Positions 10,906 to 22,400 of a stretch of 64,000 nt of DNA are shown piece by piece. The stretch is from a virus. The stretch's first letter is position 1, and every line of letters begins with the position of its first letter. The DNA is taken from positions 1-64,000 of IMG/VR virus record IMGVR_UViG_3300035670_011224; one strand, 5' to 3'. A program made the translations under genes and the position numbers. The notes under the pieces were generated by a model, which saw only the letters and a program-made list of their open reading frames with translations, ran no database searches and was not told where the DNA came from.

Positions 10906-13458
10906 ATGTTATGGTATAATATTCTTAGTCCCAGAAACTGGTCTGGAGTAAGATTACAAACAGGAAATAAAAAAGTAGATGGAGTATATTATAATCTATT
11001 AAGTAGTAAAGATGTTAGTCTAGCTGCTAGTGGAACAATGTACTTAGTAGCAAATAGCGGAATTAGATTAATAAGTCCATCTTTTGTTGATGTTAGCGGA
11101 CTAAGAAGTATAAGTCTTAGTTCTGTAGAATATTCCAAAATAGATAATTTAGGTAATCCTTTGCCTTTCTATCCGGGTGCGACTGGCGGTATAGCTGTAA
11201 AAATTGACGATGATAATATTTTGGCAACAGATATCATAACATATGATAGTGGAAATAATATTTTAAAATTCCCATCCGCTAATCCTGGCGGTCCTTTATA
11301 TGTTGTTCCGCCACATTATGAAGCCGGAGAAATAGTTGATTTGGCAAATCTTTCTTCATTTGATGGGCTTATACTAAAACCAGAAGAAACAGACGCTTCT
11401 GAACCACCAGTCATAACACCAGCAACCATAACAGCAAATACTATTATTTATGCTAATTCTGGAATAAATCTTGGACCAAATAATAATTTGGATTCTTATA
11501 GAGGATTCATACTCACACATGCTGGCTCAGGAGAACCAGCCGAATGGAAACCGGCAGTTTATCTAAGAGAAAATTATAGTGTCGATGCACCACTAGAAGG
11601 ATTAGAAAGAATAGGTATAAACTGGATTAGATATCCTAAAAGACCGGCTTTAATAAGAAATGGTCGAATATATATTTATAAGACAAACAGATCATGGTCG
11701 CCGTATCCGGCGATAGGATCTGATACAGAAATTCTTGCGAATGAATTGGGTACCGGTTCAGACACTTTATGTGTTGAAACTGCTATAGGAGATATTATTG
11801 TAGGATATACCAAATTTGCTTTCGTAGCGAAAGCTTCTAGCCAAGAAAAGATCGAAGCAGAATTTAATTTTGAGGAAAGTTTAAAAACCGTAAGCATAAT
11901 CGATCCAAATGGCCCAATTGATGAAGGTTCAGTTCCGGCCTACGAAATAGAAATAGCTCCCGAAGAACCAGAAGGAATAGGCTCAGGAGCAATAGGAGCA
12001 AATGTGTTCTTATTTTCTGTTACAAAAGGCGGCTATTTCCCTATGCAATTGGAACCAAATGCTACAGACAATATAACATATACTAACAACCAAAATGAAG
12101 AAATAGATGCTATTGGCACAATAGAAACACAAGATGATGGAACTCTGTTAGAAACACCTATTACTATTCCATTAAGATTTAAACCTTCTACAATTAATAA
12201 TCTTAGTATAAGACCAAGTATCCATACTGCTTTTAATATGCTAGGAGAGGATATAGATTTTGTTATTTATGGAAAAGAAAATACAAACTTTAATAACTAT
12301 AATAGTATCTTTGATCTTAATGATAATTTTCTACCACAAGGACTAACACCTGTTTTCCGTGTGGACGCTAGTGTTCCTAATAGCGTTAGTGGATCACCGA
12401 GTGGCGTAATATATAGTAAGTTTATAGATAGAGCCAAAACACATCCGATAGGCTGGGGTTTTGATCGCGCCGGTAAGGTTTGTATAAAAACTAATGATCC
12501 GTATAAAATGGGATCAATACCAAGTGGTAATGGAGAATTGATAGCTTATGCCGATGTGACGATTAGTGGTCATACATATAGTAAAAGTATTATTACAGAG
12601 GATATATTTCTTAGGCCAAAACCAGCTGTAGATAATAAAGGGAAATATATAAGAAATGCTTTATTAACAGTAAATTCGGAAGGTCAGATAGTATCAAGAA
12701 CTCCAAGAGTTAATCCTATTATACCAGACGCTCCGTCCGGCGTGGCCGGAATAGCTAATGGTTATGGTGGAATTGGAAATAATGAGCACTCTATTCGTTG
12801 GGACGCGCCAGTTAGCGATGGTAGATCAGCAATACTTAATTATCTAATACAACTATCTCATAATAATGGAGAAAACTGGATAGATGTACCTAACGAAACA
12901 ATCGGTGTTCTTAGGGGTTTTAATACTCAAACATCGGCTACAATAACACAGGTTGCTGCCCCAGCTATTTTTAGAGTAGCTGCACAAAATGGAGTTGGTA
13001 TTGGTCCTTATTCTGAGGCTACCGATATCACTTTTGTGAGCAACACGGGTCTTCCTCAGAGTCCAACAAATTTTACTGTTACTAGAAAAATAGATACTCT
13101 TACAATATCTGATGTTGATCTATCTTGGACACCGACTAATTCATGGGGATCATATAGTGCTAGTGGATATCTAATAGAAGAATCAACAGATGGTGGATCT
13201 AGTTGGTTTAATATAGCGTTTATTCCGTACAATGAAGACAGCTCTCATAATGAAACAGGCCTGGATGGTATTACAAATTATCTGTATAGAATTAGCGCTA
13301 TTAACACTAATAATGGTAAAAGTGCATATAATTATGTATATACTACAGGTGTTTTATTAGAAGATCCAGACTTAGAAGAAGAAGAGAATAAGAAAAATGA
13401 TGAATTGACTAATTTTGATTTTGGTGTTATATTATTTACTGGAATATGTGCTGTTTAG
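10906..13458 (+). CDS. Virion protein, partial paralog of 7323-10892, with two C-terminal fibronectin type III domains
   Basis: Shares the SVTKGGY...LS(I/V)RP...FN...DIDF..YG block with the preceding gene. FN3 signatures PDAP..WDAPVSDG..Y..FRVAAQNGVG and WTP..YLIEES..GL...Y.YRISAIN. RBS GAGGAG upstream. Confidence 0.75.
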   Translation: MLWYNILSPRNWSGVRLQTGNKKVDGVYYNLLSSKDVSLAASGTMYLVANSGIRLISPSFVDVSGLRSISLSSVEYSKIDNLGNPLPFYPGATGGIAVKIDDDNILATDIITYDSGNNILKFPSANPGGPLYVVPPHYEAGEIVDLANLSSFDGLILKPEETDASEPPVITPATITANTIIYANSGINLGPNNNLDSYRGFILTHAGSGEPAEWKPAVYLRENYSVDAPLEGLERIGINWIRYPKRPALIRNGRIYIYKTNRSWSPYPAIGSDTEILANELGTGSDTLCVETAIGDIIVGYTKFAFVAKASSQEKIEAEFNFEESLKTVSIIDPNGPIDEGSVPAYEIEIAPEEPEGIGSGAIGANVFLFSVTKGGYFPMQLEPNATDNITYTNNQNEEIDAIGTIETQDDGTLLETPITIPLRFKPSTINNLSIRPSIHTAFNMLGEDIDFVIYGKENTNFNNYNSIFDLNDNFLPQGLTPVFRVDASVPNSVSGSPSGVIYSKFIDRAKTHPIGWGFDRAGKVCIKTNDPYKMGSIPSGNGELIAYADVTISGHTYSKSIITEDIFLRPKPAVDNKGKYIRNALLTVNSEGQIVSRTPRVNPIIPDAPSGVAGIANGYGGIGNNEHSIRWDAPVSDGRSAILNYLIQLSHNNGENWIDVPNETIGVLRGFNTQTSATITQVAAPAIFRVAAQNGVGIGPYSEATDITFVSNTGLPQSPTNFTVTRKIDTLTISDVDLSWTPTNSWGSYSASGYLIEESTDGGSSWFNIAFIPYNEDSSHNETGLDGITNYLYRISAINTNNGKSAYNYVYTTGVLLEDPDLEEEENKKNDELTNFDFGVILFTGICAV

Positions 13459-13470
13459 AGGAGAATTTAA

Positions 13471-14034
13471 ATGAAATTATTACTGAAAAGAGATATAGAA
13501 GAATCAGGATTCCCGGCCGCAGATCAAGTTGATGTTGGAGAATTGGTTATTAATAGCACTACTGGTAGATTATACACAAAGTTAACAGATGGTAGTATTG
13601 TGGAGTTTATAAGTCAAAAAATTTGTTTTGAACCAATACCAGAAATTTTATTTTTTTATGAAAATACAGCAGTGGTTCCACCCAACTATCTTATAAACAA
13701 CTTCTGTTGTGCGGGTGGATTATTTACAATAACAGTGGACAAACTTAAACCAGCACCATTTGATTATAATTTTGTCTTAACAGAATTAACTCAAAATACA
13801 TTACCTCAAAATATCTCTTTATCATCTCCAAGTTTTGTAACATACACAGAAACCGAAAATGGAGAAGAACGAACATATAGAAGAGCTACAATACCAGCTA
13901 CTATTTCTATAACTGATACTAATTATAATAGCATAAGTTTATTTCAATTCGCAGTATATGATAATTTAAGTAATAAAATTATACGCGGTGGCGAAAAGAT
14001 ATTAACAATCAAGTGCCTCGAAGGTAATATATGA
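13471..14034 (+). CDS. Tail-associated protein with Mtd_N/hyaluronidase-N-like attachment motif
   Basis: N-terminal LLLKR...P...VGELVINSTTGRLY motif typical of phage fibre N-termini. RBS AGGAG. Confidence 0.55.
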   Translation: MKLLLKRDIEESGFPAADQVDVGELVINSTTGRLYTKLTDGSIVEFISQKICFEPIPEILFFYENTAVVPPNYLINNFCCAGGLFTITVDKLKPAPFDYNFVLTELTQNTLPQNISLSSPSFVTYTETENGEERTYRRATIPATISITDTNYNSISLFQFAVYDNLSNKIIRGGEKILTIKCLEGNI

Positions 14035-14960
14035 GTAATGATATTAAAAAAATCAATGTTAGTTTGGAAGAGGGAGATAAAGGATTTTTATTAACATTTC
14101 CTCCACCTCCAGAAACATCCGTACCCATATTAGATAGATATATAGTTAGTTTTGATGTTGCCTCACGACTGCCTCTGCATCCCCCGGCTGAAATAATATT
14201 CACACCAGACTCGAATAATAATCCAGCTCAAGAATCTTATCTAAAATCATCTGTTAAAGATAGTATTCAAATAGGAATTAGTATTAAATCTATCCATAAA
14301 GCAGAAACTCAGAGTTTGATTAGATTAAATATTAAAGATATATATAATAATATACTATATACTGATTATATCTTAGTTATTTGTTCACCAAATAAAGTAG
14401 TAAAATTAAATGGATCTATATTATCTAGCTTAGAAAAAAGAGGACCAAATAATGGAAGAGTTTTAAGAATTCGCACTGATGAGTCTGTGGATGCCGTAAG
14501 TTTGTTATTAACCAGAATGTCTGTTACTGGACCAGGAATACCAGCAGATCAACAAGTTAGTATCTATGGTTTTATAGATGGTAACAGAGCAGAAATGGAG
14601 CTTTTTCCTTTTGATTTTGTTCTCAGTTCTAATCTTTCCTATGATTCCGCAGCAGGACAGTATACGTTTACTCAAATAGTAAGTTGTCCTACGCCAGCTG
14701 ATCTTGCCGAGATAGAATTTAATAACAGGTTTTTGGTTCTTGATAAGGACAATAATTGGACTTTCTCTTTTAGAGACAGGGTTATTGCTCAATTTATTAA
14801 ATATAGTGGTATAAATGACGACAATATTTCTATATTGCTTAATATTAAAAATTTTGATGCACTAGTTGGCGAAAACTCTCCTGTTCCGATTCCTGGATTA
14901 GTAGATATTTATGGAGCAAATAGAGTTGTAAATGACTCTATATGTTTGTCAACTATATAA
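14031..14960 (+). CDS. Hypothetical virion protein
   Basis: 309-aa ORF with an ATGA overlap to the upstream gene, inside the structural module. Confidence 0.6.
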   Translation: MSNDIKKINVSLEEGDKGFLLTFPPPPETSVPILDRYIVSFDVASRLPLHPPAEIIFTPDSNNNPAQESYLKSSVKDSIQIGISIKSIHKAETQSLIRLNIKDIYNNILYTDYILVICSPNKVVKLNGSILSSLEKRGPNNGRVLRIRTDESVDAVSLLLTRMSVTGPGIPADQQVSIYGFIDGNRAEMELFPFDFVLSSNLSYDSAAGQYTFTQIVSCPTPADLAEIEFNNRFLVLDKDNNWTFSFRDRVIAQFIKYSGINDDNISILLNIKNFDALVGENSPVPIPGLVDIYGANRVVNDSICLSTI

Positions 14961-15012
14961 ATAATGATTTGGTGTATATTTATATGAAACACTTAAATTT
15001 AGAGAATAAATA

Positions 15013-16209
15013 ATGATTATTGATAAAAAATTTTCTATAGTCATATATGCGGGTTCTAAACCATTGAATCTAATGGAAAAAGATACCGAAATTGCTAACA
15101 ATCCGATTAAATCCAACGAGTGGGACCAGATTATGCAGGCTATAGACAGTATTCATGGGGCGCAACAGAACGACGAATCTATTCCTATTTTTTGGACAAC
15201 AAGATATCCTTTAAATGATAAATTTGGAAATATATTATATAGATATGCTCCAAATCCAGCCAGCACACTTAAAAAACTCGAATCCAAATCAGCATATTAT
15301 ATAGTTCTTAGAGATTCATCTTTAGCTCCTCTTAAAATACCTTCTCATGGTACATTGGTTCTAGGTTTTGGAGACGCAGAAGATCTACCTAGTGTTGATC
15401 CACCTATAGCAGATAAGGTTCTTAAAGATTCGTTTCAATATAATTTTAGGCCACAAATTGTTAATTTAAGACCATACGAAACATATTCTTACGAATGGAA
15501 AGTTGTTGCTAGTAATTGGCCAGTTGTAGCGACTCCGTCTTCTGGAGAACTTAAACCAGCCACATCTACCGGATTTATCAATGCGTCTATATCATTTTGT
15601 CCAACTACCGGAGTATGTTCAGATAATACGCTTTCTTTCGTGCTGCCAGAAGAAGGAACAATAGAAAAATTAGAAGATCCTTACGCAACACTACAACTAT
15701 CTGTTAGATCCAAATCTTTCGAAGGGGCAGAATCTTTAAGTGATCAATTCACCGTAAGATGTGATGATTGTTTACCAAAACCAAGATTAGTGCTTGAAGG
15801 TATCGGAGAGCCTTATATAGAGGAGCAAGACAGCGACAATGCTCCAATACCCTCGTATTCTTTTAATCTTTCATTTACTAATTTAGAATTAGGTCAAACA
15901 TATAGTTATGTTATTAATACCATAAAAAATGAGTGGCCTTTCTATTTTGCGACTCCGACCTCCGGAACTTTTACTGTAACATCTACTAAAATTGAAGATA
16001 ATACAATTAAAAATACTATGTATTTTTGTCCGACTACAGGATTATGTCCACCAAACAATAGTAGTATCCCAGCTTACAATATTCCAACATATCCAAAGTT
16101 TTTATCAGACGAACCAATATTTACTACTTATAATATAATTTTACAAGCCTCATTAATTAATTATGATTATGTTAGTGATCCGTTCGAAATCTCATACAAG
16201 AGAGTATAA
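15013..16209 (+). CDS. Cys-rich FN3-like repeat protein (2 repeats)
   Basis: Two L.P..TYSY...(N/E)WP...SG...FCPTTG.C units, one ending in CDDCLP. Confidence 0.75.
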   Translation: MIIDKKFSIVIYAGSKPLNLMEKDTEIANNPIKSNEWDQIMQAIDSIHGAQQNDESIPIFWTTRYPLNDKFGNILYRYAPNPASTLKKLESKSAYYIVLRDSSLAPLKIPSHGTLVLGFGDAEDLPSVDPPIADKVLKDSFQYNFRPQIVNLRPYETYSYEWKVVASNWPVVATPSSGELKPATSTGFINASISFCPTTGVCSDNTLSFVLPEEGTIEKLEDPYATLQLSVRSKSFEGAESLSDQFTVRCDDCLPKPRLVLEGIGEPYIEEQDSDNAPIPSYSFNLSFTNLELGQTYSYVINTIKNEWPFYFATPTSGTFTVTSTKIEDNTIKNTMYFCPTTGLCPPNNSSIPAYNIPTYPKFLSDEPIFTTYNIILQASLINYDYVSDPFEISYKRV

Positions 16210-16238
16210 TTCCGTAAACACTTATAAGAAATATTAAC

Positions 16239-17516
16239 ATGATAAACCATTCAATATATTCAACAGAGCCATCAGCACAAACACCGGCTCCTCCAGCTTC
16301 TTATAATGTTCCAACAAAATTTACTATTAATAAGCTTATAAAAACAATAATATACGAATACGAAATAGAATTAGACGGCAATCCTGGTAACTGGCCTGTG
16401 GTTGTTGTTCCTAGAAGCGGAGAATTTATCGCAACATCCAGAACAAAAGAAATAGATGCATTGGTAATTTTTTGTCCAAATACTGGGGTTTGTGATTCTG
16501 GCAATCCGGATGTTTTACCATTTAATCTAGATTATAGTTGTGGACTACAAAATAATTTATTATTTACTAATCTTAGAGTTAAGGTTAATGAAAAAAATAG
16601 TAATGAATATATATATAGTAATACCAGACATATAGAATGTACAGATTGTTTGAAACCTATCGATATGTCTTTGCTAGGCGTTAATCTAAAGAATAATGAA
16701 AATAATAATTCTTTAATGTTAACAGAAGCTACTGAGAATGTTATTAAGTTACAAACAAAATTTTTAAATGTTATGCCAGGACAGCAATACTCATGGTCTT
16801 TTAGTAGAGTTACTTCTAATTGGCCAGTTACGGTGACTCCGGCGTCCGGAACTTTTACAGCTTCTAATCACGAGTATGTTGCGGATAGTGTTTTAACTTT
16901 TTGTAGAGATTCTTCATGCTCTGGTATTAATGGATATATGACATATAATACTAGCAATTTTTCAAATGACTATAAGTTTATTACCTTAAATGTTACAATA
17001 AATAATAATGATCGTTGTCATTTTAATAACAATACTAAAACATTATCAGTATATTGTAATGATTGCATACCAACACCAAAAGTCTCATTCGGATCAGAAA
17101 ATATTCTAACAACAAAACCTTGCACAGACATTAGTGTGTCGCTTTCTGGACTAGAGTCATACAAAACATACTTGTATAATTTTAGCACATACCGAGCAAA
17201 TTGGCCAACATTGATTAGTCCAATATCTGGTTCATTTACTACTTCTTATAACCATGATACATCATTACCATTTAAGCTATCTTTTTGTGGTTCAGAAGCT
17301 ATTTGTTCTGGGGATGCTAATTTATTGAGCTATAATATAGATTATAATAAACTATATACTAATACAGAATGTGATAAATTTGCTTATATTAAATTCAATC
17401 TCAGCACTCAAAATGAACCCGGAACAAATCTGCTAGTAAATAATCTGCTTAAAATACACTGTAATGATTGTATTAATACAAGCCCTAATAATTTACCAAC
17501 AATCTCTAAGAATTAA
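16239..17516 (+). CDS. Cys-rich FN3-like repeat protein (3 repeats)
   Basis: Three NWP...SG.F...FC...C...CxDC units. Confidence 0.75.
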   Translation: MINHSIYSTEPSAQTPAPPASYNVPTKFTINKLIKTIIYEYEIELDGNPGNWPVVVVPRSGEFIATSRTKEIDALVIFCPNTGVCDSGNPDVLPFNLDYSCGLQNNLLFTNLRVKVNEKNSNEYIYSNTRHIECTDCLKPIDMSLLGVNLKNNENNNSLMLTEATENVIKLQTKFLNVMPGQQYSWSFSRVTSNWPVTVTPASGTFTASNHEYVADSVLTFCRDSSCSGINGYMTYNTSNFSNDYKFITLNVTINNNDRCHFNNNTKTLSVYCNDCIPTPKVSFGSENILTTKPCTDISVSLSGLESYKTYLYNFSTYRANWPTLISPISGSFTTSYNHDTSLPFKLSFCGSEAICSGDANLLSYNIDYNKLYTNTECDKFAYIKFNLSTQNEPGTNLLVNNLLKIHCNDCINTSPNNLPTISKN

Positions 17517-17530
17517 CCTGGAATTCTATT

Positions 17531-19468
17531 ATGAAGAATCATAAATTTATAACATCTTTTAAGAACCTTATGCCATTAACAACGTATTCGTATGTTGTAG
17601 AGTCATTAGATGGTAATTGGCCAGCGTCTGTTTCTCCAGCAAGTGGTTCTTTTTCTACATTAACAGGATCTATGGATATAGAAACAGAACTAAGTTTTTG
17701 TGCATCTTCAGTATCGTGTTCCGGTGTTACTCTATTAGAATACGAATCAGATAGTTGCTCATCCGATTCTATACCATTTGCTGATGTTAGAATAGCTTTG
17801 AGCTTACCATATTCAAATATTAAAGTATATGGAAATAAAGAACATTTTGAATGCGAAGAATGTTTACAAACACCGATTATATTAGTTCAAGAAAATGTTA
17901 ATTTAGATAATATTACATCTAATAGTATTAATTTTCCTATTGGAATCTCGGGATTAAATTATTATTCTACATATAATTATACTATAGAATTAGTTAATAG
18001 TAATAGTCTGCTTGGTTTCACAGATCTTTCTGGTACTATAACCACAAATGCAAATAGTTTTGAAGCTATTAATCCCAAAATGATTTTATGTGAAAATAGT
18101 GGAGAATGCTCTGGTTATTCTACACTAGGATCTATTTCTAATTGTTTAGACTCTTTGCCTTATGCTGATATTAGAGTAAAGATCACATCAGACTGTTTAG
18201 ATTATCCTATTTATAGCAATAGAGTTCATATTCAATGTGATTATTGTTGGCCAAAAATCAATTTCGACTTATTGAATGACACAGCTATTATTACTGATAG
18301 TAATAGTTTTGATCTAAATGTAACTATTAGCAACCTAAAGCCATACCAAACATATAATTATTCTATTACTAATATAGAATCTAATAATATTATGGCCTTT
18401 GAACATTTATCTGGATCTTTTATTACAGATGAGGAGACATCGTACGATCTTATTAATAAAATAATATTTTGTGATGTTAGTGGATACTATAGTAACTATA
18501 ATATTATTAATAACAATAATGCTATATGTGATCTTGATAAATATGTAAAATTCGATCTAACACTAGATTCTGATTGTTTAGACAATCCTGTAACAAGTCT
18601 AACCAATAAGATAGAATGTGATAATTGTTTACCAAATAGACACGACGTAGTATTAGATTCCAAAAACATATATCAAGCTGATTCTGCTATAGATATTAAT
18701 GGAACTCTTGATAATTTATTACTAGATCACACATACTCATATGAGTTTGAATCAAAGGGAGGTAATTGGCCTATTAAAATATATCCGGTCTCGGGATCTT
18801 TTATTGCAAAAACACAAACAAAAGAAATTTTATCTCAGGCATGGTTTTGTTGTCCATCAGGATCTTGTGGATCGACACCGTTTACTAAAACATATGATTC
18901 TTTAAGATATAAGACCAATTACTTAACACAAGACATAAGATTGAAAGTAACAGACACATGCGCTAATCATTTAGTATATGATGATAGAACGATTTTTATT
19001 CAATTAGCTGATTTGGAAATTACGCCAACAAATGATACATATAATGTTATCTTAGATAGCCAAACAAAAGGATGCTACGATTTCTCAATGAAAGTTAATA
19101 ACTGCATAAATACACACTCTTATACGTATCAATATCATGCTATTGATGGAAATTGGCCAGTTATTTTGAGCAATGTGTCTGGTTCTTTTACAAATCAACC
19201 GTTAATTCATAATATTAAAACACAATTAACATTCTGTCCTTCAACGGGCGTGTGCAATAATCAATCCAATGTTCTAACGCCTCCTAGTGTATTAAGTTAT
19301 AGTTCTTTACTAAATAGTACCTGTAATAATAGCAAATTTATTAGCTTGCAATTATCTGTTACTAGCAATTGCTATCCTAATCAAAAAGCATTTTTCAGTG
19401 AGCCCATTACGGTGTATTGTGAAGATTGCATACCTCTACCTTCTATCACGCTAGATATTGAAAAATAA
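17531..19468 (+). CDS. Cys-rich FN3-like repeat protein (5 repeats)
   Basis: Five ~125-aa units with Y.Y...N(W)P/N...SG(S/T)(F/I)...(F/L)C; four end in CxxC. Confidence 0.75.
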   Translation: MKNHKFITSFKNLMPLTTYSYVVESLDGNWPASVSPASGSFSTLTGSMDIETELSFCASSVSCSGVTLLEYESDSCSSDSIPFADVRIALSLPYSNIKVYGNKEHFECEECLQTPIILVQENVNLDNITSNSINFPIGISGLNYYSTYNYTIELVNSNSLLGFTDLSGTITTNANSFEAINPKMILCENSGECSGYSTLGSISNCLDSLPYADIRVKITSDCLDYPIYSNRVHIQCDYCWPKINFDLLNDTAIITDSNSFDLNVTISNLKPYQTYNYSITNIESNNIMAFEHLSGSFITDEETSYDLINKIIFCDVSGYYSNYNIINNNNAICDLDKYVKFDLTLDSDCLDNPVTSLTNKIECDNCLPNRHDVVLDSKNIYQADSAIDINGTLDNLLLDHTYSYEFESKGGNWPIKIYPVSGSFIAKTQTKEILSQAWFCCPSGSCGSTPFTKTYDSLRYKTNYLTQDIRLKVTDTCANHLVYDDRTIFIQLADLEITPTNDTYNVILDSQTKGCYDFSMKVNNCINTHSYTYQYHAIDGNWPVILSNVSGSFTNQPLIHNIKTQLTFCPSTGVCNNQSNVLTPPSVLSYSSLLNSTCNNSKFISLQLSVTSNCYPNQKAFFSEPITVYCEDCIPLPSITLDIEK

Positions 19469-19477
19469 GGAATTAAA

Positions 19478-22400
19478 ATGTATCATCATAATTTAAAAAC
19501 TAATATCGCTGGCATATTACCGAATCAATTATATAATTTTGTTGTAGAGGCAATCAATAGCAATTGGCCTGTTAGAACTTTTCCAGCAAGTGGATCGATT
19601 TCTTCTTTAACAAACACCGCAACTATCAATACCGATATTTATTTTTGCGAAGATCTTAACTGTTCAAATTATGATGTTTATAACTCTGGTACTTATCAAA
19701 TTGGTTATGATCCATTTGCAGATATTAGATTACGTATAACGTCTGATGCTTTAAGCGTTCCAATATATACAAATGTTACTAAAGTAATCTGTTCTGGATG
19801 TGCGGCTATCCCAACAATATCTCCACAATTAAGCTGGTTTGAACTTAAAGGTACCAACGAATCAACAATCAATGTAGATATTTCTGGACTAAAACCATAT
19901 ACAACTTATTCGTATAGATTTTTAGATATTGGATCTAATTATCCTATAGATTTACAATTAGTATCCGGTACTTTTACCACATCAAATAATAAATCATACT
20001 CACTAAGAACAGACTTCGCATTTTGCGGATATGAAGATTGTGACAATGTGGTGATAGGATCCGGATATTCTAATAAAATTGGACAAGAGCAATGTGATAA
20101 ATATTATACTAATCTTCAAATATCTTTAGATAGTTCATATTTTATTGAACCTATCATAGGACCTAAGATAACTGTTGAATGCGACAATTGTTTACCAAAA
20201 CCTGTAATAACTTTACCGGATAGTATAGATCTAGACTCTATTACTTTGAATAACTTTAATTTGATTACCAATATTACTGGTTTAAAACCAAACAGTCGTT
20301 ATGATTATAGTTTTCAACACATGGGTGGTAACCATTCTGTATTACTGGACAATGTGTCGGGATATTTTAACACAGACTCTGCCGGAACCGATATTGATCT
20401 TATTACACCTATGATCATGTGTGAAAGCTCAGGATTGTGTGGATCGACCAATGTGTTAGGAACTATTCAAAATGGAGATTGTGATAAAAACAAAAATGTA
20501 AAACTAAGACTTAAATTAGATTCTGATTGTTTAGACTATAGTATATATAGTAGTATAATAACAGTAAATTGTGATAATTGTTTACCTATACCAAATTTGG
20601 TTGTTCCAACATCTAAGATTTCTTTACTCGGAGTTGGAGACGAACCAAATATTTATAACTCTAGTATTAATATCAATAATTTAAAACCATATTCCACATA
20701 TTCTTTTGAAATAGTTGATTTCAAAAGTAATCACTTAATAGGATTCGAACAATTATCTGGCTCTTTTACTACCAATAACGAAACAACCCATACTCTAAAT
20801 AATTCGATTATTTTCTGTGAAAGTAGTGGCTATTGCAATAATTATCAAACTACTGGCACAATAAATAGTGATAGATTTGCAAATATTCTTAATACATCAT
20901 TTAGAGTAAAATTAAACTCAACATGTTTACCAGCTCCTGTATATAGTGATCCTGTTCTTATCGATTGCGAATATTGTTTGCCATATATAGATATTGATAT
21001 TCCATCAGAAGTTACTTTAACACAAGCTAGTGGTAATATATACTCATTAAATGTACCAATTAGTCCACTCAAACCATATTCTGATTATGAATATTCTATT
21101 AAAAATATAACAACAAATCATATGATAGGTTTTGAATCATTATCAGGATCTTTTAATACAGAAAATAGTGAGGCTTTTAACCTTACCAACAAGGTGGTGT
21201 TTTGCGAAAGTAGTGGCTACTGCAATAGTTATGTAAAAACCGGATCAATGAATAGTGATTCATGTAATAATAAATTAAACGCATCTTTTAAGATAGAATT
21301 AAACAATGATAATCTTTATTCGCCAGTATTAAGTAGATTAATTAAAATTAATTGTGATAACTGTATTCCTCAAATCAATATACAAACACCAAGTAAAGCC
21401 ACATTAACTTCTACGAATATTTATCCTATGAATATAGTTTTAACAAACCTAAAACCATATTCGGAATACTCTTACTCTTTTGAAAACATTAAGAGTAATC
21501 ACCTTGTGGGATTAAAAGAGCTGAGTGGCGTTATTAAAACCAAAACTAATACTACCGCAAATATTAGTAATTCCTTAGTATTTTGTGAAAGCAGTGGTTA
21601 TTGCAATACCTATTATACTAGTGGATCGATTAATAGTAATGCTTGTAATAATTTACTATCTACGAGTTTGCAAGTTAAAATAAATAGTTCTTGTTTATCT
21701 AGTCCGGTTATTAGTGATATTGTGGAGGTTGATTGTAACAATTGTATCCCAATACTTGGTGCTTCGTTACCATCAACTACTGTTAATTTAACATCAACTA
21801 ATCTAGTATCCATCACAGGCACAGTTTCAGGATTAAGGCCGCTTCAATCTTATGATTATTATTTTACTGGAGATAATAATTGGCCAATTTTATTAGATAA
21901 TATTTCTGGTTCTTTTGTTGCAAAAACATCAACAGAAAATATAGTATCTAAAGTATTATTCTGCTATCCATCGGGCAATTGCTCTAATGAAAATGGTCTT
22001 CTACCATACTCCCTCAGCTCTGCTGCTCAAAAAATCTTGAATAATAATGTGTTATTTGGTAAATTAAAATTGAATGTAAAATCTTCATCTTGCAATAGCA
22101 CAGTATATTCTAGTAATGTTAGCACCATTAATTGCAAAGACTGCTTACCTTGTGTAAGATACGCTGATGTACAAATTAGTGGATCTCCGGTTATAGCTCT
22201 TGACAATAATTGTTGTATTGGTCAAAAATTACTTAGTGTTAATGTTACAAACGCTGTACCGTCCGAGAAATATATATATTCCTTTAGTTCAACATCAGGA
22301 GTTGGTGTTAATCTATTACAGTTTAATCCTCAAACTGGCGAAATGTATTTTGGTAGCGGCGGAGCCGGAACAATTAATAGTATATGTGCAATAGACCTAA

